Positions 7,734 to 16,648 of a stretch of DNA of 32,000 nucleotides are shown here, piece by piece; position 1 is the first letter of the stretch; each line of letters opens with the position of its first letter. The notes beneath the pieces are model-generated. The model worked only from the letters and a program-made list of their open reading frames with translations. It was not told where the DNA came from and ran no database searches. A program made the translations under genes and the position numbers. This DNA is from an uncultured Erysipelotrichaceae bacterium (GTDB lineage Bacteria > Bacillota_I > Bacilli_A > Erysipelotrichales > Erysipelotrichaceae): assembly GCA_942493105.1 (NCBI GenBank), contig OW818668.1, forward strand, positions 540,001 to 572,000, in the 5' to 3' direction.

Positions 7734-8618
7734 TTATTTCTTTGAAGCTTCCAGAGCTTCTTCATAGTGTTTGATCAAAGCTTGGGTCCCTAAGGTTTCA
7801 TAGCCTTCATCTAATAAATCTTGATACATCTTCAATACATTAAACAACATTGGGAATTGGGCACCTTGTCTTAGTATTTCTTCTTTCGCAATACCCATAT
7901 CTTTCACGAAATGTTTGATATAGAAACCTGGACGATAATCTTCTGCTAAGATTTTTGGAGCTGTGCTTTTTAAATGATAACTGGCTCCTGAGCCTAAAGA
8001 GATCGCCTCAACAACTTTAGCAGGATCTAGTCCTACAAGCTTCGCATAGACAATCGCTTCTGTACAAGCTGCCAGTGAGCCTGCTACAGCGATTTGATTG
8101 GCCATCTTTGTGTTTTGGCCACAACCTGCAGATCCCATGTAGAAAATACTTTTTCCCATCAGATCTAAACACGGTTTGATGGCTTCATAGGCACTTTGAT
8201 CTCCACCGACAACGATCAATAAGGTAGCGTTTTTAGCACCTGTTTCTCCACCTGATACTGGGGCATCCAAACATTGGACATTAAACTTCTTGCCTTCTTC
8301 ATAGATTTCTTGAGCCACTTGAGCAGAAGAAGTCGTCATATCGATCGTGATCGTATTGGGTTTAACGTTTTGAAGGATACCTTGAGGCCCTAGATAAATG
8401 TCTTTGACATCTTGCGGACTACCGACCATGGTGAATACCGCATCTGCATCTTTGACAGCTTGAGCTGTAGAATCAGCCCACAAAGCCCCTGCATCGATCA
8501 AAGCTTGTGCTTTTTCTTTGGTTCTGGTCGTAATGGTCAATTCATAGCCGGCACTAAGCAAATGTCCTGCCATTTCTTTACCCATGATACCCGTCCCAAT
8601 CCAAGTTAATTTCTTCAT
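7734..8618 (-). CDS. NAD(P)-dependent beta-hydroxyacid dehydrogenase (3-hydroxyisobutyrate / tartronate-semialdehyde reductase family)
   Basis: The Rossmann motif WIGTGIMGKEMAGHL is at the N-terminus, and DAPVSGG and GxGQxxKxxNQ-like motifs are present. The ORF track extends to 8675, but the ATG at 8618 is preceded by AAAGGAG and gives the family-typical N-terminus. Confidence 0.85.
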   Translation of the reverse strand: MKKLTWIGTGIMGKEMAGHLLSAGYELTITTRTKEKAQALIDAGALWADSTAQAVKDADAVFTMVGSPQDVKDIYLGPQGILQNVKPNTITIDMTTSSAQVAQEIYEEGKKFNVQCLDAPVSGGETGAKNATLLIVVGGDQSAYEAIKPCLDLMGKSIFYMGSAGCGQNTKMANQIAVAGSLAACTEAIVYAKLVGLDPAKVVEAISLGSGASYHLKSTAPKILAEDYRPGFYIKHFVKDMGIAKEEILRQGAQFPMLFNVLKMYQDLLDEGYETLGTQALIKHYEEALEASKK

Positions 8619-8653
8619 TGTGGCTCCTTTATTTAAGTTTTTTTCTATTCTGT

Positions 8654-8667
8654 GATGTATATACATC
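8654..8667. promoter_or_regulatory. Perfect 14-bp palindrome GATGTATATACATC in the divergent promoter region
   Basis: Self-complementary on inspection. Located 36-49 nt upstream of the dehydrogenase start codon and about 200 nt upstream of the PRD regulator gene. Confidence 0.3.
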
Positions 8668-8869
8668 TTAAGCACCCATCATAGTTTATCACTAATTTTA
8701 CGTTAGGTCGATGCTCACTATACAACTTCAACACTCTAGAGTAAAGCCTGATTTTGCACTAGCGATGGTGAACTTAAACACCTTCATAGAATTGATGTTT
8801 TGTTTGAATAAGCATGGGTAGTCAACTACAATAAAGTCGAACGCCATAAAAATCTTGACAGGAGACGCC

Positions 8870-10876
8870 GTGAGTAACTATAAATATCGTCAACATCAGA
8901 TCCTAAACTTCTTGATTAAACAAAATGCACCAGTCAGCAGCGAGTACTTATCTAAAGCCATGGCTATTTCATCTAAGACCATCAAGAAGGATATGAGTGA
9001 GATCTCTGCTGCTTTGAGATCCAACGGAGCTGTGATCCAATCTAAAACTGGTGTGGGTTATTTTTTGACCATCAGTGATCCGGAAGCATTTGGCCGTTTC
9101 ACCAACTTTGCGAAACCAGAACTATCCACTTCAAACAATACCCCATTCTTCTTTCAACGCTGTCAATACATCATTCGACGTTTGATTGCAGAACAACGCT
9201 ACATCAAAATCAATGATTTAGCAGATGAACTTTATACTTCACGTACAACGATCACCAATGATATGAAACATGTGAAGAAGATCTTGGAAGAATTTGACAT
9301 ACGGATTGAACAAAAACCCAATCATGGTTTATTAGCCATCGGTAGTGAACGTCATTTCAGAATGTGTTTGATCGATCAGTTTACTCATTTTGAGAATAAT
9401 GATCTGTTTGTAGAAGAGACCAGCTTTAGTCAGCTCTTTGCGATAAGTCCACAAACCTTTGATCAGATTGAACAAGTCATACTGGATGCCCAAAACTTCT
9501 TTGCCCCAGTTGAGATCCCTTATCAAAACATCAAGAAACTGGTTCGTTTGATCATCTTATGCAGTCGTAGAAATAAACATGACCTTGCCTCTTCTTTTAA
9601 TGAAGATGAGACTGTTTATTTGATGAAGCGCAGTTCTTATCAAGTTGCCAAATACATTTGTAATGAAACGGCACCTTACCTTGATCAAGCACTTACCTTC
9701 CACGATTCACTTTTGATCAGTATCTATGTGGGATGCTATCGTAACTTCAGTTCAGTTGAAAGCATCAAAGATACACGTCGTTTTTTAGAATACCATCATT
9801 TAGCAGAAGACATCATTAAACATCTTAGTGATCTTAATGATTTCCTATATATGAAATATGATGCTTCATTAGCGAATAATTTGGCACTGCATTTCTTTCC
9901 AATGATGCAAAGAGTCAACCATAAAGTAAGATTTGACAATATTCCCATTCAACACATCAAACAAAGCAGTCCAACAGCTGTAGAACTGGCGATACAAACA
10001 GCCACTTATCTTAAGCAAACCAGAAACCTTGATTTAAATGAGAACGAGATTTGTTTCTTATCTTTGGTTTTCTATCCGATTTTTGGTAGATATAGTGCCA
10101 AACTTCATCGTAGAAACATCATCATCGTCTCCAGCATTAACAAATGTACAGGAAATATTATTGGAGAACGTCTAAGAAGAAATTTCTCTGACTACATCGA
10201 TCAAATTACTTTACTAGATGTCTATGAACTCAAGCATTTTGATTTCAGTGCTTATGATTTGATCTTCACAGATCTCTTACCTAAAACATTGATTCCAACA
10301 CCTATTCCCATCATTCATATCAGTCCCTTCTTTAATACTTCATCCAAAGATGATATTAAGAACATCTTGATGTTGAATCATTCTAATTTTGAAAGTATGA
10401 TTCTTAACTTTAAAAAAGAGTACTTCTTCAACAATGTTCATTTTAAGGAAAAAACAGAATTCTTCAGATTCTTTATCGATAAACTCAAAACAAAGCAAAC
10501 CTTACCCGATGGTTTCTTAGAAGATCTGATTCAAAGAGATCAGATGTGTTCTGCAGAAATCGGAAATAATGTTGCTTTGCTTAAGACACTTCATTCGTAT
10601 GATTTAGAGCCCTTTATTTCTGTCACGATTGTTGAGAAGCCTTTTATATGGCTTTATGAGAATGTTCAGATCATTATTGTTTGGCACTTGGGAAACCACA
10701 ATGAATTAAATGCTCGTTTTTTAGAAAGTGGTTTCTTTGGGAATGTTATTAAGTCGATCTTTGGTATACCCGATAAAACAATGGAACTGCTTCAAAATCC
10801 AAATTATGATCAATTGATCGAACTGATTCGCAAACAAGTCGACATCAAGAGTATCCAAGACCAACCACACTTATAA
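8870..10876 (+). CDS. PRD-domain transcriptional regulator of the MtlR/LicR/ManR type (HTH, Mga-like HTH, 2 PRDs, EIIB-like and EIIA-like domains)
   Basis: The ORF track starts at TTG 8855. GTG 8870 is preferred because GGAG lies 5 nt upstream. Two N-terminal HTH regions are present (SSEYLSKAMAISSKTIKKDMSEI and INDLADELYTSRTTITNDMKHV). PRD-like histidine motifs are present (LALHFFPMMQR). The size and C-terminal EIIB/EIIA-like regions fit the family, and there is no sigma-54 AAA+ module. Confidence 0.8.
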   Translation: MSNYKYRQHQILNFLIKQNAPVSSEYLSKAMAISSKTIKKDMSEISAALRSNGAVIQSKTGVGYFLTISDPEAFGRFTNFAKPELSTSNNTPFFFQRCQYIIRRLIAEQRYIKINDLADELYTSRTTITNDMKHVKKILEEFDIRIEQKPNHGLLAIGSERHFRMCLIDQFTHFENNDLFVEETSFSQLFAISPQTFDQIEQVILDAQNFFAPVEIPYQNIKKLVRLIILCSRRNKHDLASSFNEDETVYLMKRSSYQVAKYICNETAPYLDQALTFHDSLLISIYVGCYRNFSSVESIKDTRRFLEYHHLAEDIIKHLSDLNDFLYMKYDASLANNLALHFFPMMQRVNHKVRFDNIPIQHIKQSSPTAVELAIQTATYLKQTRNLDLNENEICFLSLVFYPIFGRYSAKLHRRNIIIVSSINKCTGNIIGERLRRNFSDYIDQITLLDVYELKHFDFSAYDLIFTDLLPKTLIPTPIPIIHISPFFNTSSKDDIKNILMLNHSNFESMILNFKKEYFFNNVHFKEKTEFFRFFIDKLKTKQTLPDGFLEDLIQRDQMCSAEIGNNVALLKTLHSYDLEPFISVTIVEKPFIWLYENVQIIIVWHLGNHNELNARFLESGFFGNVIKSIFGIPDKTMELLQNPNYDQLIELIRKQVDIKSIQDQPHL

Positions 10877-12088
10877 TCAAAGATAAGTAGCAAGCTGATC
10901 AATGACTTTTTCGATGACACCAACAGGCGTCTTTGTCGCATTGGCTTCATGACTTCCGGTTTTAAATTGATCGATTGAAATCAAATATCCTACCATTTCA
11001 TTGGCATAACCAAAGACCATACAACGAGGATTACTGGATTGATCGATGATTTTCTTACCTAAACAAGCGGATAATTCTCCTGGGATGATGACAAACTGAA
11101 CTTCACCTAAGGTATAAACAAAGATCTTGATCAAGAACTCTGTTTTACCTTGATGAAGCTTTCTTTCTAAACCAACTAAACCAGAATCAATCAAACGCAA
11201 ACGATCATTTGAAACAGGATGCTTTTTCTCTTCATTCATTTCAGCAATTCTTTTAGTTAGATCAGCAATATCTGGTTCATAGACAACTGGATATTCCAAT
11301 TTTGAAACTTTAAGTGAATCCAGGTTAAGTTTTACACCATCATTCATCTTTTCGATTTGAGCGAATATACCACTAACGGTTCTGTCTAATTCAACTTTAT
11401 CATTGCTTAAGCGATAGAGACGATTGGACATATCTCCACTAGCCCCTTGCATCATCAAAGGATATACGCCATATTTTTTGTGATAACGATGACGCAGATT
11501 CCCAAATAAGTCTCCACTCAAAGCTTCATTCTCATGATTCAAGATCGTAGAATGACAAGCCATATTGATTAAAGCAGATACTAATTTCTGATCTTTATCT
11601 CTAAACTCAATCACATGAACTCTTTTTTCTGAATAATCATCAAGGCTGTTTCGATTACTATAGAAGCCTTCGATCTGAGTTGTTTTATAAGTTGCTTCAA
11701 CCTCAACCAAATCATCGAAACAAGATAGTGCTGTATCTAAGATTTTTTGAGTCAAATAGATACGATAGGACAAGTCGAACTCAGGAAAGTTCCAGCGATT
11801 ATTGATGACAGGTCCGGAATGGGTATGACCTGAAGTCAAAACGATATTGTCTGGACTGATGGGCTTGATTTTTGAGATGGTGCTTTTGATGACTTCTGTC
11901 AACTCTTCATCGGTTCCAGATAGATCCATATTGATGATGAGCAACTTTTCATGGTTGATTTCAAGTAGAGTTGCCACCAACATCAAATCATCTAAGATCC
12001 CGTTGTTTTTTCGTTGACGTTGAATATAACCCGCCATATAAACTTGGGTTTGAGGATTGATACAGGTTGATTTTGATGAAAGACGCAT
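10877..12088 (-). CDS. Neutral/alkaline-ceramidase-fold Zn hydrolase, paralog B (substrate unknown)
   Basis: 403 aa. MAGY...GILDDL...GHTHSGP and CHSTILNHEN match the N-terminal ceramidase_alk-type pattern (metal-binding HxHxGP). It is a paralog of the upstream gene. No signal peptide. SD-like AAGGTGGA upstream. Confidence 0.7.
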   Translation of the reverse strand: MRLSSKSTCINPQTQVYMAGYIQRQRKNNGILDDLMLVATLLEINHEKLLIINMDLSGTDEELTEVIKSTISKIKPISPDNIVLTSGHTHSGPVINNRWNFPEFDLSYRIYLTQKILDTALSCFDDLVEVEATYKTTQIEGFYSNRNSLDDYSEKRVHVIEFRDKDQKLVSALINMACHSTILNHENEALSGDLFGNLRHRYHKKYGVYPLMMQGASGDMSNRLYRLSNDKVELDRTVSGIFAQIEKMNDGVKLNLDSLKVSKLEYPVVYEPDIADLTKRIAEMNEEKKHPVSNDRLRLIDSGLVGLERKLHQGKTEFLIKIFVYTLGEVQFVIIPGELSACLGKKIIDQSSNPRCMVFGYANEMVGYLISIDQFKTGSHEANATKTPVGVIEKVIDQLATYL

Positions 12089-12090
12089 GA

Positions 12091-13392
12091 TCAGTTTCCA
12101 CCTTGAATGGGCTTGTTGATCAGACTCAATAAATGCTTGGCTGTATCAACGATCTTATCGTGAGCATCTGATTTTAAAATCGTCATATTCAGTTCGTAGC
12201 ATTTGACCTGATATCCTTCTTTAGACACGATATAACCGATGGTATCGTTGGTATAGCCGCTTACGATCGTGTTTTTACATAAGGCCTTAATATCTCTTCC
12301 AATTTCCGCAAACGTATCACCAGGGATCCCAAACCATGTGCAAACCCCTAAATCTAACACTTGCATATGCGTATGAACTTGTTTGAAGTTGATGTTTTTC
12401 TTCATGATGGATTTACGGGTAATGCCTTGAAGCGTGACATAAGCTTTTCGAATATCACTAGCTGAGGCTTGTTTAGTCTTAAGGTCATCTAGGAGCGCTT
12501 GTTGCTGGGCAATACTTTGTTCATATTCTTCATCACTTAAGAAATCGATGACGTTAAAATCAATGTCTGATACTGCCCCATTGACTTTGATGTCAGATGT
12601 TGTTTCAATCGTTGTTAAAACACGAATGGTTTCCGCAACCAGTTTCTGTGCTAAGCGATCAGCTTCTTCATAAGTACTGGCTTTTTTAGTGTAACGGGTA
12701 CTGATGCTTCCTGCACAACCTTGGGCGAAAACGATCTCTACATTTGGATAATAAGCTTCCATATGTTTACGAAATGCCCCTGGATAATCCGCTGTAAACA
12801 AGAAATTTTCATGGTTGAGTACGGTTGGATGGGCTGTGTATTGACTAATTATGCCAACCAAATTGCCATCAAGATCATCAATCCTAATGATGTTGGCACT
12901 GTTGTCTGCATAGGTTGCCGGATCATTACGATTGGTGCTAAGTCCTACAACACTGCCACTTCCAAATCCAATCTTCGCATCTTTTAATTCACGGTTGGCC
13001 CATAAGATCCCACCTGCAATTTTTTGAATCAACATGTGATAATAAGCCTTATTGGTTTCAGGATCAGTTTGAATGGTTGGTAGATACTCAAAGGCATGAA
13101 GACGTGTTGCGTAAGGACCTGAATGCGTATGGGTTGCCTGAATCATGATATGGTCTGCTTTGATGTCAGATTGTGATGATACGATCTGTCTTACAGCATT
13201 GGTTAAATAAGCATCAACATTGATCACATCACAAATGACGATCGCGACTTTATTTTCTCCGTCATCTAACACAAAACACTTCGCACACAAATCATCATGA
13301 ATGCCTTCTGCCCCATGATCTCTTTCTGAATAACCAGCCATCTGCATACCTACGGCAGGCGTAATATCTACTGTTTTAATGGATGCTTTCAT
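12091..13392 (-). CDS. Neutral/alkaline-ceramidase-fold Zn hydrolase, paralog A (substrate unknown)
   Basis: 433 aa. VDITPAVGMQMAGYSERDHGAEGIHDDLCAKCFVLDDGENKVAIVICDV...ATHTHSGP and AHPTVLNHEN are typical of the neutral ceramidase N-terminal domain family. No signal peptide. Its start overlaps the upstream gene by 17 nt. Confidence 0.75.
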   Translation of the reverse strand: MKASIKTVDITPAVGMQMAGYSERDHGAEGIHDDLCAKCFVLDDGENKVAIVICDVINVDAYLTNAVRQIVSSQSDIKADHIMIQATHTHSGPYATRLHAFEYLPTIQTDPETNKAYYHMLIQKIAGGILWANRELKDAKIGFGSGSVVGLSTNRNDPATYADNSANIIRIDDLDGNLVGIISQYTAHPTVLNHENFLFTADYPGAFRKHMEAYYPNVEIVFAQGCAGSISTRYTKKASTYEEADRLAQKLVAETIRVLTTIETTSDIKVNGAVSDIDFNVIDFLSDEEYEQSIAQQQALLDDLKTKQASASDIRKAYVTLQGITRKSIMKKNINFKQVHTHMQVLDLGVCTWFGIPGDTFAEIGRDIKALCKNTIVSGYTNDTIGYIVSKEGYQVKCYELNMTILKSDAHDKIVDTAKHLLSLINKPIQGGN

Positions 13393-14407
13393 AATGTCCT
13401 TTCCGATTAAAATAATCTTGACTTGTTATAAGTATTTTATCATTTATACGCTTGATTTTATCGATCCCAAACGCATTGTCTATACAAGATATGATTTCAA
13501 ATTCAAGAAGATCTTTTCCACTTCCCCATCCCACAAGACATTGATCATTCGTTAAATACTTGACTACTTCTTTTTTCCAAATAGACAGATCTTTTTCGAT
13601 GCCCATTGAGGCTATTTGTATCTTTTCAGCCATTAATCCAATGTTGGTCAATCTCTGTTGAAGTTCAGTTGGATCTTGCGTATGAAGCAATGGTAAAGCT
13701 GTGGATCCGTTTTTAATGCCTGTCAATTTTTGTTGTTCTTTGTTGACCACATAAGGTGTATAGATCAAACCTTGCTGAATCAGATGATCGATGAATGATG
13801 ATCCGTAGATCTTCTCAATATGCTGACTTAACTCAGATAAAGTTACAGAAGTGTAGTGTTGGTATCGAACGTTATAACTAAGTTTACCGATGATCTCAAT
13901 GCTTGAAATACAATTCTCAGTGATGATCTCTCCTAAGTGTTCATAAAACAAAAGAACTACGATTTGATTTCTTTCTTCATCTTTATAAGCTGTTAATTTT
14001 TCACACACGACTTTACATTTGATCTTGTTTGTTTTCTTATCAAAGATTGGAAATATGATGACTTCAGTTCCGTTGATGGTTGTATTTCCAAGATTCAAAA
14101 TACCCGCTTTTGGAGTGCGGGTATAGTTGAATATCCAATGCTTTGTTAAAGAAGAAGGTGCCTTTTGAATAAAGATACGATAGGCAATCCTTAAGAAATC
14201 ATCAAACATCGGAAGTAGTTCCAAGACATATTGATCTTGGGATTTCCGACTGATCTCAAAGGTCACTTCTGGTAAGACTTGAATGAGTTGATTGATCATG
14301 AGCTGATTGACTTCACCATATTGGTTATTATCGATCATCTGTCGAATCATTGAATCATTTTTTTCAAACCATGTCCAGAAAAGGCTTGTTTTAGTATTCA
14401 GTGACAT
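13376..14407 (-). CDS. Hypothetical protein encoded inside the PTS operon (no recognisable family)
   Basis: 343-aa ORF with a strong SD (AAGGAGGTG) upstream of the ATG at 14407. It is tightly packed between the IID gene and the hydrolase gene. No TM helix, signal peptide or motif that I recognise. Confidence 0.7.
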   Translation of the reverse strand: MSLNTKTSLFWTWFEKNDSMIRQMIDNNQYGEVNQLMINQLIQVLPEVTFEISRKSQDQYVLELLPMFDDFLRIAYRIFIQKAPSSLTKHWIFNYTRTPKAGILNLGNTTINGTEVIIFPIFDKKTNKIKCKVVCEKLTAYKDEERNQIVVLLFYEHLGEIITENCISSIEIIGKLSYNVRYQHYTSVTLSELSQHIEKIYGSSFIDHLIQQGLIYTPYVVNKEQQKLTGIKNGSTALPLLHTQDPTELQQRLTNIGLMAEKIQIASMGIEKDLSIWKKEVVKYLTNDQCLVGWGSGKDLLEFEIISCIDNAFGIDKIKRINDKILITSQDYFNRKGHYESIH

Positions 14408-14430
14408 AAGACACCTCCTTGATTAAATCG

Positions 14431-15228
14431 TTAAGCTAAAACTTTGAAATAGGCTGCAATAACAGAAACGATGATGATGACCCAAACCATTTTGGTTGAT
14501 GTCATATTCTTTTTGCCTAAAGCCCAGTATGTTGAAATAACAGCCAACAATGGAAGCATATTAGGCATGATCTTATCGAAGATATCACTTAGTTTAGTTG
14601 TAGATTCCCCAATTTTAAAGACATAAGGAACAACTACTCTGACATTGGAAGCAATGAGTGCCCCAACAACGACCAAACCCATGACAGATGCTGCATCCGT
14701 TAAACTGTTTAATCTGCTTTGACTAGAGGTAATGAATTGTACCCCTTTGACATAAGCAATATCCCACATTTTAATACGGACCAAAAACATAATGGCTCCT
14801 ATAGCACCTGCTAAGAATACACCGGTATAATTGCCTTCAATGGCCATGTATGCAGCTAGTGCACCTAGTACGGTCTTGGGCAATACAAAGAAGATGGAGT
14901 CTCCTAAACCAGCAAATGGACCCATAAGCGAGGTTCTGATGGCTGATCCTGTTTCGATTGCATTTTCTCCGCCTGTTTCTTCAATGGCTAAAGCAGCACT
15001 TAAAATAATGTTACCCATCCAAGGTTGTGTATTAAAGAAACGGAAATGTGCTAATAAAGAAGCTCTTAAATCATCTGGTTTGTTGGCATAGATCTTTTCA
15101 AGGCAAGGACCAACAGCGTAAACAACGCTGGCAGACTGCATGGTTTCATAATTGAAACAGATCTGAGCTGAAGTCAACCAACGGTTTCTAGCATTATTTA
15201 CATCTTTTTTAGTTAGAATGTTACTCAT
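14431..15228 (-). CDS. PTS mannose/fructose/sorbose-family IID component
   Basis: 265 aa. The N-terminus (LTKKDVNNARNRWLTSAQICFNYETMQS) and membrane topology are typical of ManZ-like IID. Its start overlaps the IIC stop by 8 nt. Confidence 0.9.
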   Translation of the reverse strand: MSNILTKKDVNNARNRWLTSAQICFNYETMQSASVVYAVGPCLEKIYANKPDDLRASLLAHFRFFNTQPWMGNIILSAALAIEETGGENAIETGSAIRTSLMGPFAGLGDSIFFVLPKTVLGALAAYMAIEGNYTGVFLAGAIGAIMFLVRIKMWDIAYVKGVQFITSSQSRLNSLTDAASVMGLVVVGALIASNVRVVVPYVFKIGESTTKLSDIFDKIMPNMLPLLAVISTYWALGKKNMTSTKMVWVIIIVSVIAAYFKVLA

Positions 15229-16003
15229 CTTGATTGTCTCCTTTAACTGATGAACCAGAACTCAATTTAGCAAAACGTTCATTTTGACTATAAACAATGG
15301 CTGCTGCGACAAATCCAAGAATCGCAATACTCATAACAGACATCTTTAAGAATGAAACCAAAGTGAATCCGAAAACAGCATAAACATAGTATTTCTTGAT
15401 CGGCAAGAACTTAAGCAAGATTGCAAAACCAACAGCAGGCAGTAATCCACCAGCAACGACCAAACCTGTGCTTAGCCATTTTGGCATCGCAGCCAAGAGT
15501 TGGGTAATCAATTCTGAACCGGCCGTCATTGCGATAAGAACAACAACTGCACCTGCCAATACACGTGGGAAAGTACCAGCAAAAATCCAAGCATACATCC
15601 CCTTTAAGTTCAATTTTTCAGCATTGCCTTGAGCTTTATGCAAGAAGAATGAACCAAACATTTTTCCAAAAACATCCAATTGTACGCCTAAGGCAGCAAC
15701 AGGAATTCCAACTGCTAAACCAGAATCGATCCCACCACCTGAAACAGCTGAGAAAGCTACTCCGATCATGGCTCCTAAAGTATAGTTAGGAACAGAAGAT
15801 CCGCCATAACCCCCTACACCCAGTGACATCAATTCCATGGTTCCCCCAATCAATAAGCCAAGTGGAACGTTACCCATGATCAAACCGGCAACAAAGCCTG
15901 TGATCGTAGTTCTTCCATAAGGCAAGATTTGAGTATGATAGGTATCATATTGCATAACGATTGTAAACAAAGTCATACTGACAATTTCAAAAATTGAAAA
16001 CAT
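15221..16003 (-). CDS. PTS mannose/fructose/sorbose-family IIC component
   Basis: The ORF track extends to 16066, but the ATG at 16003 is preceded by AAGGAGGAG and gives the typical IIC N-terminus (MFSIFEIVSMTL...). Polytopic, glycine-rich membrane protein. Confidence 0.9.
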   Translation of the reverse strand: MFSIFEIVSMTLFTIVMQYDTYHTQILPYGRTTITGFVAGLIMGNVPLGLLIGGTMELMSLGVGGYGGSSVPNYTLGAMIGVAFSAVSGGGIDSGLAVGIPVAALGVQLDVFGKMFGSFFLHKAQGNAEKLNLKGMYAWIFAGTFPRVLAGAVVVLIAMTAGSELITQLLAAMPKWLSTGLVVAGGLLPAVGFAILLKFLPIKKYYVYAVFGFTLVSFLKMSVMSIAILGFVAAAIVYSQNERFAKLSSGSSVKGDNQDE

Positions 16004-16016
16004 AGTCTCTCCTCCT

Positions 16017-16508
16017 TTATTTCTTTTGTGCTTTGTGAAGCATATCCATAAAATCCTGCTGAGCATCTTGAGGAACCAACTGATTGATGATCTTAGTTCC
16101 CTTAGATGATAATTCTTCTAAAGCAGCTGTCTCTGCAGCATTCACAGAAACTGTTTTAGCCACTTTTAATCGATCGGCTGTATAAGTAATGTTACCCATA
16201 TATACCGCATCGACTAAAATCCCATTTCTTTGTAATTCCATAAACACTTCAGGTGTTTTTGCGATGGCGAATACCCTTTGTGTTTCATAATTACCAGCTT
16301 TGATTCCCACAACTGCTTTTTCAAGCGTCAATACTGATAAACTTAGTCCTGCAGGGCAAGCCATTCTCAGTGATGTTCTAACAAGATCACTGGCACTGGC
16401 TCCATCATCTATAACCATGATGCGAGTAGCTTGAAGCGAATTGGCCCAGTATCCCGCGACGATACCGTGGATCAAGCGATCATCTACCCTATAATTAACG
16501 ATTCCCAT
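16017..16508 (-). CDS. PTS mannose-family IIB component
   Basis: 163 aa. The N-terminal YRVDDRLIHGIV contains the phosphorylatable His of the IIB(Man) motif RxDxRLIHGQV. AAGGAGG lies upstream. Confidence 0.9.
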   Translation of the reverse strand: MGIVNYRVDDRLIHGIVAGYWANSLQATRIMVIDDGASASDLVRTSLRMACPAGLSLSVLTLEKAVVGIKAGNYETQRVFAIAKTPEVFMELQRNGILVDAVYMGNITYTADRLKVAKTVSVNAAETAALEELSSKGTKIINQLVPQDAQQDFMDMLHKAQKK

Positions 16509-16554
16509 ATTTATCCTCCTTATACTTCGGTCATGACTTCCGTCGGATAGCTCA

Positions 16555-16583
16555 ATTATAGGAAAAAGCCCTCTTGATGTAAA
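16555..16583 (-). promoter_or_regulatory. Sigma-A promoter TTTACA-17-TATAAT upstream of the IIB gene
   Basis: Minus strand reads TTTACA (16583-16578), a 17-nt spacer, then a perfect TATAAT (16560-16555). It lies about 47 nt upstream of the IIB ATG and downstream of the IIA terminator. Confidence 0.6.
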
Positions 16584-16625
16584 AACAGGAATGTTCTCTA
16601 TTGATAATGTATAGCGCTTTCATTT

Positions 16626-16648
16626 AAAAACAGGCTTATGCCTGTTTA
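16626..16648 (-). terminator. Rho-independent terminator immediately after the IIA gene
   Basis: Minus strand reads AAACAGGC-AUAA-GCCUGUUU followed by UUAAAUG (plus-strand arms at 16628-16635 and 16640-16647). The IIA stop codon (16646-16648) lies in the 5' arm. Confidence 0.55.

Noticed and set aside
12721-15789. Plus-strand ORFs inside the hydrolase and PTS genes (12721-12987, 14831-15091, 15396-15632, 15565-15789)
   Set aside because: They are antisense to genes with clear family motifs. These are typical shadow ORFs.
16608-16622. Possible CcpA cre site TGAAAGCGCTATACA (minus strand)
   Set aside because: I did not call it as a feature because the right half-site is displaced by 1 nt relative to the consensus. 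It is kept only as a hypothesis within the IIA/IIB spacer finding.
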